Below, piece after piece: positions 59,563 through 64,000 of a stretch of 64,000 bases of DNA; position 1 is the stretch's first letter, and each line of letters begins with the position of its first letter. The notes beneath the pieces are model-generated. The model did not search any database and was not told the origin of the DNA. It saw nothing but the letters and a program-made list of their open reading frames with translations. Where the stretch lies: sequence record NC_061418.1; one strand, given 5' to 3'. The position numbers and the translations under genes are program-made.

Positions 59563-59815
59563 TTGAATAGGTTCCCTAGCACTCAATGAGTATCATCTAC
59601 ACCAGCAGCGCCCGGTGTTTAGCCGAGATGCAATTATGCTTAAATGGGTCGTATTTAACGGCTCATTTATTCGTCGATGATTTACGTAGGGATAACAAGG
59701 AGACATCCCCCTCAGCACGCCGAGGTCAACTTTTTCCTTAGGTCAAGATTAACTCTCCGCAACATTAAGTCGCCTGGTTAACCCCTGCCTTTAGTCTAAG
59801 CAAGATGTCATTATT

Positions 59816-59905
59816 TGGCAGAGAGTGAGAGATTCGAACTCTCGGTACCCTTTCGGATACACTCCCTTAGCAGGGGAGCGACTTAAACCGCTCATCCAAC
59901 TCTCT
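59816..59905 (-). tRNA. trnS: tRNA-Ser(GCT)
   Basis: AGAGAGT/ACTCTCT acceptor, CTCCC-CTGCTAA-GGGAG, long variable arm, encoded CCA. Confidence 0.95.
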
Positions 59906-59912
59906 ATTAAAA

Positions 59913-59989
59913 TGGCGACTCTTCCAGGACTTGAACCTGGGACCTACAGCTTAACAGGCTGCCGTTCTAACCAACTGAACTAAAGAGTC
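59913..59989 (-). tRNA. trnN: tRNA-Asn(GTT)
   Basis: GCAGC-CTGTTAA-GCTGT anticodon arm, TTCAAGT T-loop, CCA. Confidence 0.95.
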
Positions 59990-59995
59990 ATTATT

Positions 59996-60070
59996 TGGCG
60001 GTGCTACGGAGAATCGAACTCCGGTCTCCTCCGTGACAGGGAGGTATCCTTTCCGCTAGACGATAGCACC
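59996..60070 (-). tRNA. trnD: tRNA-Asp(GTC)
   Basis: CCTCC-CTGTCAC-GGAGG, TTCGATT, GCCA. Confidence 0.95.
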
Positions 60071-60077
60071 TTTTGTT

Positions 60078-60179
60078 TGGTTGTTCCCTTCCGGATTTGA
60101 ACCGGCAACCTCCTGCTAAGCAGTGGGCGGCGCAGTGGCCGCCGATGCAGGCGCTCTACCTAGTTGAGCTACGAGAACA
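60078..60179 (-). ncRNA. tRNA-like RNA with a 30-nt expanded anticodon loop
   Basis: TGTTCTC/GGGAACA acceptor, GCTC-AACTAGGTA-GAGC D-arm, CCTGC/GCAGG stem, TTCAAAT T-loop, ends ACCA. Confidence 0.8.
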
Positions 60180-60186
60180 TTGAATC

Positions 60187-60262
60187 TGGAGCAAGCAGCG
60201 AGGTTCGAACTCGCGACCTATGACTTGGAAGGACATCGCTCTACCAACTGAGCTATACTTGC
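60187..60262 (-). tRNA. trnG: tRNA-Gly(TCC)
   Basis: GCAAGTA/TGCTTGC acceptor, loop CTTCCAA, TTCGAAC, TCCA. Confidence 0.95.
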
Positions 60263-60340
60263 TTTGAATTTCGTTCATAAGATGATGAAATTACTTAATT
60301 TTTGATCCGCGCACCAGTATTCTCGTTAACCAACGGGGAA

Positions 60341-60796
60341 TTATATCTTTGGTTTCTTATTAGCCTTTTTACAGGCAGCTCTGTAACCGACCGTATCAAA
60401 AATACCATTGATGGAATGTTTAATGATTATACCCTGAGAAAGTCCGGTAAATAACGCGGCATCTCTAATCGTGTCATAGATCCACCCATCAATAACCCAA
60501 CAAGTTCTCCGTTTCACGTCGGCGTAATAATGAACTTCTTTACTATCATGATAATTATCACGATCCGTACCAATAGACAAATGCTCAGGATTACAGCAAC
60601 GGGTGTTATGGCAAGAATGTCTTACTACTTTACCAATTGGCACTGGCCCATAAACTGTAGTGAAGACAAATTTATGAGTTGTCCAATATTTACCGTTCCG
60701 TGTAAACTGGCCGTAACCAGCGCTATTGCAAGATTTATTCCAATTCCAGCAACCGGTTACTTTATCTACCGTTGTATTTTCTTTAATAAATTCCAT
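60341..60796 (-). CDS. Free-standing HNH homing endonuclease
   Basis: GCWNW, GYG, VVRHSCHNTRCCNPEHL..GT..DN; C-terminal NUMOD1-like YDTIRDAALFTGLS; AT-rich. Confidence 0.9.
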   Translation of the reverse strand: MEFIKENTTVDKVTGCWNWNKSCNSAGYGQFTRNGKYWTTHKFVFTTVYGPVPIGKVVRHSCHNTRCCNPEHLSIGTDRDNYHDSKEVHYYADVKRRTCWVIDGWIYDTIRDAALFTGLSQGIIIKHSINGIFDTVGYRAACKKANKKPKI

Positions 60797-60835
60797 GTGT
60801 TTATAATCTCTTTCTGTTAATTGTTTATCAACAGA

Positions 60836-60843
60836 GTGATATA
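60836..60843 (-). promoter_or_regulatory. Candidate early promoter core TATATCAC for the HNH gene
   Basis: AAAATA-TATATCAC about 40 nt upstream of the HNH ATG. Confidence 0.5.
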
Positions 60844-60860
60844 TATTTTAAGGAATTTTG

Positions 60861-60889
60861 GTTGCTCTATCCTGCTGAGCTAAGAGGAC
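60861..60889 (-). pseudogene. 5-prime fragment of a tRNA-Arg-like gene
   Basis: GTCCTCT-TA-GCTCAGCAGGATAGAGC-AAC, i.e. acceptor 5-prime strand plus D-arm with A20; no anticodon or T-arm follows. Confidence 0.7.
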
Positions 60890-60894
60890 GTAGA

Positions 60895-60979
60895 TGGTGC
60901 CCAGGGCGGGGCTCGAACCCGCACGCGATAAAGCGAGGGATTTTAAATCCCTTGTGTCTGCCGATTTCACCACCTGGGC
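60895..60979 (-). tRNA. trnL: tRNA-Leu(TAA)
   Basis: GCCCAGG/CCTGGGC acceptor, AGGGA-TTTAAAA-TCCCT, variable arm, ACCA. Confidence 0.95.
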
Positions 60980-60984
60980 AAATA

Positions 60985-61060
60985 TGGTGGGTCCAGCAGG
61001 TTTTGAACCTGCGACCAAGCGATTATGAGTCGCCTGCTCTAACCACTGAGCTATGGACCC
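60985..61060 (-). tRNA. trnI: tRNA-Ile2(CAT, lysidine type); Met less likely
   Basis: AGCAGGCGACTCATAATCGCTTGGTCGC core closely matches enterobacterial tRNA-Ile2; ACCA end. Confidence 0.88.
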
Positions 61061-61111
61061 GAAAACGATGTTTTATTAAGAGCACATAAATGTACCCTTT
61101 GTAAAATACCG

Positions 61112-61276
61112 TCAGCTCGATTGTTTCTTTTTCTTTCTGAAAGCAAGCTGCACATAAACGGCAATTGCACCAGCAAGAATAATAAGCAGGACAATATCAA
61201 TCAATACGCCTGCCATTCGAAACAACACCAAAAAGATGACGGCCAGTAATATTAACCAGCCGATCTTTTTCAGCAT
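61112..61276 (-). CDS. Small membrane protein (54 aa, two hydrophobic segments)
   Basis: Not in the ORF track. MLKKIGWLILLAVIFLVLFRMAGVLIDIVLLIILAGAIAVYVQLAFRKKKKQSS, starting 3 nt after the TAXI stop. Confidence 0.65.
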   Translation of the reverse strand: MLKKIGWLILLAVIFLVLFRMAGVLIDIVLLIILAGAIAVYVQLAFRKKKKQSS

Positions 61277-61279
61277 AAC

Positions 61280-62137
61280 TTATTTTCCCGACGCTGTACC
61301 CTGAACGCGCGCAGAGTTCTTCAGAAGAATTGTAGAGGCATCTTCAAGGAACTGGTCGCTGTCGCCTGAGGTATTCGCTACCACCAGGGTTTTAGTGCAA
61401 GGGACTTTTACTGTCGAATTGAAAAGGATGCCCGAGTCGGTTGTTGCTTTTTCGATCGTGTACACCGCTTTACCGTTCGGCAGTTTTGCATCAGCATTCC
61501 AGGAGTTGAAATCAATGATCTCGAGTCCCGAGTCTTTTTGCATGACTGCGTCCAGGAATTTATTATTCCGGTCGGGTGCAGAAACCCAAAGGAACGCGTC
61601 GTATTCGCCAGTATTCACTTTAGCCAGGGAACGGATACCGCCTTTGGCATACGTTTCAACTTTCGCGTAGTTTTTCTCCAATGTCTGGAGATACTGCCAC
61701 GAAGCGTAAGATCCAGAGGTAGGTTCGCCCACAGCGATCTTCGTACCTTCTTTTAAATCACCTTTACTGGTGACCTTACCGTCTTTCTTGACGGCGACAA
61801 AGACGCACTCGCTGGCCAATTCGCCAATGATATCAACGTTCTGTGCTTCATTGGCATGACGCGAACGCCAGAACTGATAGGCATCAGCTTGGGTAAACCC
61901 GATAGTGGCTTCTCCCGAGGCTACACGATCAAGGTTATCGAGTGAGCCTTTAGAAGGGACAACCGAGGTCTGGTAACCGTACTCACCCAGAGCACTGGCT
62001 AAGTTTACACCATAAATGGCGTTATAGGTTAAACCTTGTTGACCGGTGGTAATAACAATTTTGCCATCGGCCGCGGATACGCCAGCACTCATGCAAAGTA
62101 ACGCTACCGAAATCACGGCAAAAGCAAGTTTCTTCAT
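61280..62137 (-). CDS. TAXI-family TRAP transporter solute-binding protein
   Basis: Signal peptide MKKLAFAVISVALLCMSAGVSA; ITTGQQGLTY, SKGSLDNL, GFTQADA, DLKEGTKIAVGEPTSGS; start moved to 62137. Confidence 0.85.
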   Translation of the reverse strand: MKKLAFAVISVALLCMSAGVSAADGKIVITTGQQGLTYNAIYGVNLASALGEYGYQTSVVPSKGSLDNLDRVASGEATIGFTQADAYQFWRSRHANEAQNVDIIGELASECVFVAVKKDGKVTSKGDLKEGTKIAVGEPTSGSYASWQYLQTLEKNYAKVETYAKGGIRSLAKVNTGEYDAFLWVSAPDRNNKFLDAVMQKDSGLEIIDFNSWNADAKLPNGKAVYTIEKATTDSGILFNSTVKVPCTKTLVVANTSGDSDQFLEDASTILLKNSARVQGTASGK

Positions 62138-62303
62138 TTGCATTCCCTTTAAGGAAAGTATGGGTGTCAAGCGGCATAACCGCCACAGTGAATTTGAGAG
62201 GCTGACAAGTTGGCCCAACATGTGCATTAATCATGTCACGGAATAAAGAGGCGCCTTTGTTTCGTGCTACCTGTAAGGGTTTAAGATTAAGTTAGTTGCA
62301 AGT

Positions 62304-62427
62304 CAGCCCCTCAAAAGGGGCGATGACATCTACAAACTTTCAGCTTTCCTATCTTTGGATTCCGGGCCACAGTAGGAGTAAGTTGAATTATGCCGATTTA
62401 AGGTCAGCCTTATCTGTAGATGTCATC
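62304..62427 (-). ncRNA. Putative small structured RNA closed by a perfect 13-bp stem
   Basis: GATGACATCTACA (62322-62334) / TGTAGATGTCATC (62415-62427) plus an adjacent GCCCCT/AGGGGC hairpin. Confidence 0.45.
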
Positions 62428-62432
62428 TATTG

Positions 62433-62470
62433 TAAAAAGACAGGCGCCTGAATTAGCTAGGCGCCTGCGT
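62433..62470 (-). terminator. Intrinsic terminator
   Basis: Minus strand CAGGCGCCT-AGCTAATTC-AGGCGCCTG-TCTTTTT. Confidence 0.65.
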
Positions 62471-62672
62471 CGGTGAAGAAGTGTCGTCGTCTCTCCATTC
62501 ATGGAAAGAACCTTGAAAAAGGAATCACCTGTTTATCTTACCAGCCAGCCCGCATTGAGATAAAAGAGTTGTTGTGATTCCCTTGGCGTTCATTCGCAAC
62601 GACAGGGGTTTACTACCGTGAAAAGGAACCTGAAGGTTGGGTTCATAAATGACTGACCAGAGTATTTTTTGA

Positions 62673-62828
62673 TCAATTCGAGTCTTCAGGTAAAGGAGTT
62701 TGCTGGAAATCATCCGACCCGCAGTTCTTACAAAGTAGTGGTTTATCTTGCAGTTTAAATTCCTTTAACTGCTTATCTGTTGGGGAGGTCAAGCAATTTT
62801 TGCATTCGTATTCGTGATGCTTTTTCAT
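62673..62828 (-). CDS. Small zinc-ribbon protein (start MKKHH)
   Basis: YECKNC...LLCKNCGS; AAGGAGG RBS before MKKHH. Confidence 0.7.
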   Translation of the reverse strand: MKKHHEYECKNCLTSPTDKQLKEFKLQDKPLLCKNCGSDDFQQTPLPEDSN

Positions 62829-62851
62829 AACCTGTCCCTCCTTGAAGGGAA

Positions 62852-63739
62852 TTAAATAAAGTTCCACTCTGCCCATTCTGGTCGTTTAGAATAGCAACGG
62901 GCGTAAACTTCTCTCGGTTGAATAGATTCTCCCTGAGAGCATTTGAAAGCGTTTTGGTACTCTTTCTTACCTACTTTCACTCTTCGCTTGTAATCCGGGT
63001 TATTCGGATTTTTACTTTTTGGCTTCTGACGAGACTCGGCGAATTTATCACGCCAAACCGGTTTGGTTTTTCTTTCCTGTCCGTAGTCGTCGCTCTGATC
63101 TTCAGTAACCGTAGGGTAACCTTGACGAGTGTCTTTCCACCACATAGAGAAACCTTTTGAAACTGCCCAGCATTTCTCATGGTCGTTCACTAACAAGAAT
63201 CGTGACGCCAGTAAATTGATAGGGGTAGCATCAAAAGCGTTCTGAAGGACTTTGCTACTATGGATACCCAGGCGAAGAAATTCTTCTGTTTGTACTACTG
63301 CGTGCCTTGGCATTCGACTGACTTCACTATAGTACACCGCGGAGTCTTTCGGATGGTAAACTACAACGCCCTCTATCGTCTTATCATTAACGTCGGGAAT
63401 CTTCAATCCGTTAATGATAGTCCAATCCGGGAAATGTTTAGGGTCACGATTTGCAAAGTGTAACCAAACCGTGTCATCTTTCCATTCTGCTTTTTGTAAC
63501 CCGTAACCCATCCGAACCTTAAAGAATTCCTCTTCGTGCTCTTTGAGAAAGCGTTCGTAGAGATCTTTGAAGATAGGGATCAATTCTACCGGTTTACGTG
63601 AAACAAATTGTTGCACCGACCATTCCAATAGGCAATGGGAGAGAATCATCCAATCGCTATTCTCATTAGCCAGTGTAGTCATTGATTTACGGAGCCTATG
63701 GCTCAACGTCAAAATAATGACAACGGTTGAGTTATCCAT
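62852..63739 (-). CDS. Hypothetical protein with a basic C-terminal DNA-binding-like tail (start probably MTTLAN)
   Basis: 295 aa ORF; C-terminus ESRQKPKSKNPNNPDYKRRVKVGKKEY...ARCYSKRPEWAEW. Confidence 0.65.
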   Translation of the reverse strand: MDNSTVVIILTLSHRLRKSMTTLANENSDWMILSHCLLEWSVQQFVSRKPVELIPIFKDLYERFLKEHEEEFFKVRMGYGLQKAEWKDDTVWLHFANRDPKHFPDWTIINGLKIPDVNDKTIEGVVVYHPKDSAVYYSEVSRMPRHAVVQTEEFLRLGIHSSKVLQNAFDATPINLLASRFLLVNDHEKCWAVSKGFSMWWKDTRQGYPTVTEDQSDDYGQERKTKPVWRDKFAESRQKPKSKNPNNPDYKRRVKVGKKEYQNAFKCSQGESIQPREVYARCYSKRPEWAEWNFI

Positions 63740-63799
63740 AAATTCCTCAATTAAAAAGTGTCTTCTACATTAAAACGGTTTACCGTAAAAAAGCATAGG

Positions 63800-63827
63800 A
63801 GAGAGGAGGGAATTCCCTCCTCTCTCG
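63800..63827 (-). terminator. 12-bp hairpin followed by TATG
   Basis: GAGAGAGGAGGG-AATT-CCCTCCTCTCTC. Confidence 0.7.
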
Positions 63828-64000
63828 ATTAATTCATTTATCAAAAAGTGATCTCTTTGAAAAAGAAACTTTTGTGGTAAGAAGGGCGGAGGTAAGGATA
63901 TAACCATCCCCAACACCGCCCATAGCCATTCAGCTATAAACAGAATTTAGCGCGACCTATCTAAGAATAAGATTGGAAGTTTTATTTTATAATCTAGTGC

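Noticed and set aside
58790-59810. tmRNA, permuted tmRNA or RNase P RNA as the identity of the structured region
   Set aside because: I found no G3-U70 alanine acceptor with CCA, no tag ORF ending in a hydrophobic-AA-stop pattern, and no RNase P universal motifs. An Rfam search is still needed to exclude them formally.
59455-60179. Group I intron or archaeal bulge-helix-bulge intron inside the tRNA-like genes
   Set aside because: Inserts of 30-40 nt are far too short for group I introns, and no clean excision giving a canonical 7-nt loop with purine 37 was evident. Splicing is kept only as a testable alternative.
60341-60796. HNH as an intron-encoded ORF
   Set aside because: No interrupted gene resumes downstream and no intron core was seen; the gene looks free-standing
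60862-61089. 75-aa plus-strand ORF
   Set aside because: Antisense to tRNA-Leu, tRNA-Ile2 and the tRNA fragment; not coding

Overview
A 64-kb segment of a lytic jumbo phage of the phiKZ-like, nucleus-forming group (Chimalliviridae-like). The codon bias of the capsid gene suggests an enterobacterial or other gammaproteobacterial host. About 1-55 kb is the conserved core in phiKZ-like order: thymidylate kinase (cut by the window edge), RuvC, tail/baseplate proteins, portal, non-virion RNAP beta subunit, major capsid protein, DnaB-like helicase, a tandem family of inner-head proteins with A/S-x-E protease sites, baseplate proteins, a HExxH virion protein, the exonuclease/motif-A half of a split family-B DNA polymerase, a virion RNAP beta-prime subunit and an SF2 helicase. 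About 55-64 kb is accessory: small ORFs, a GNAT, a frameshifted TOPRIM gene, six canonical tRNAs, an HNH endonuclease and a TAXI solute-binding protein. The main unexplained signals are: (1) an ncRNA-rich block at 58.8-60.2 kb holding two CCA-ending tRNA-shaped RNAs whose anticodon loop is replaced by a 30-40 nt hairpin-bearing insert, a possible third cloverleaf, and about 650 nt of further structured RNA; (2) a candidate -1 frameshift (G GGT TTT, 51111-51117) that fuses two adjacent ORFs like a G/GT tail-assembly chaperone; (3) many long intergenic hairpins directly followed by the late-promoter core TATG. phiKZ gene-number equivalences come from recalled synteny and motifs, not from database searches.
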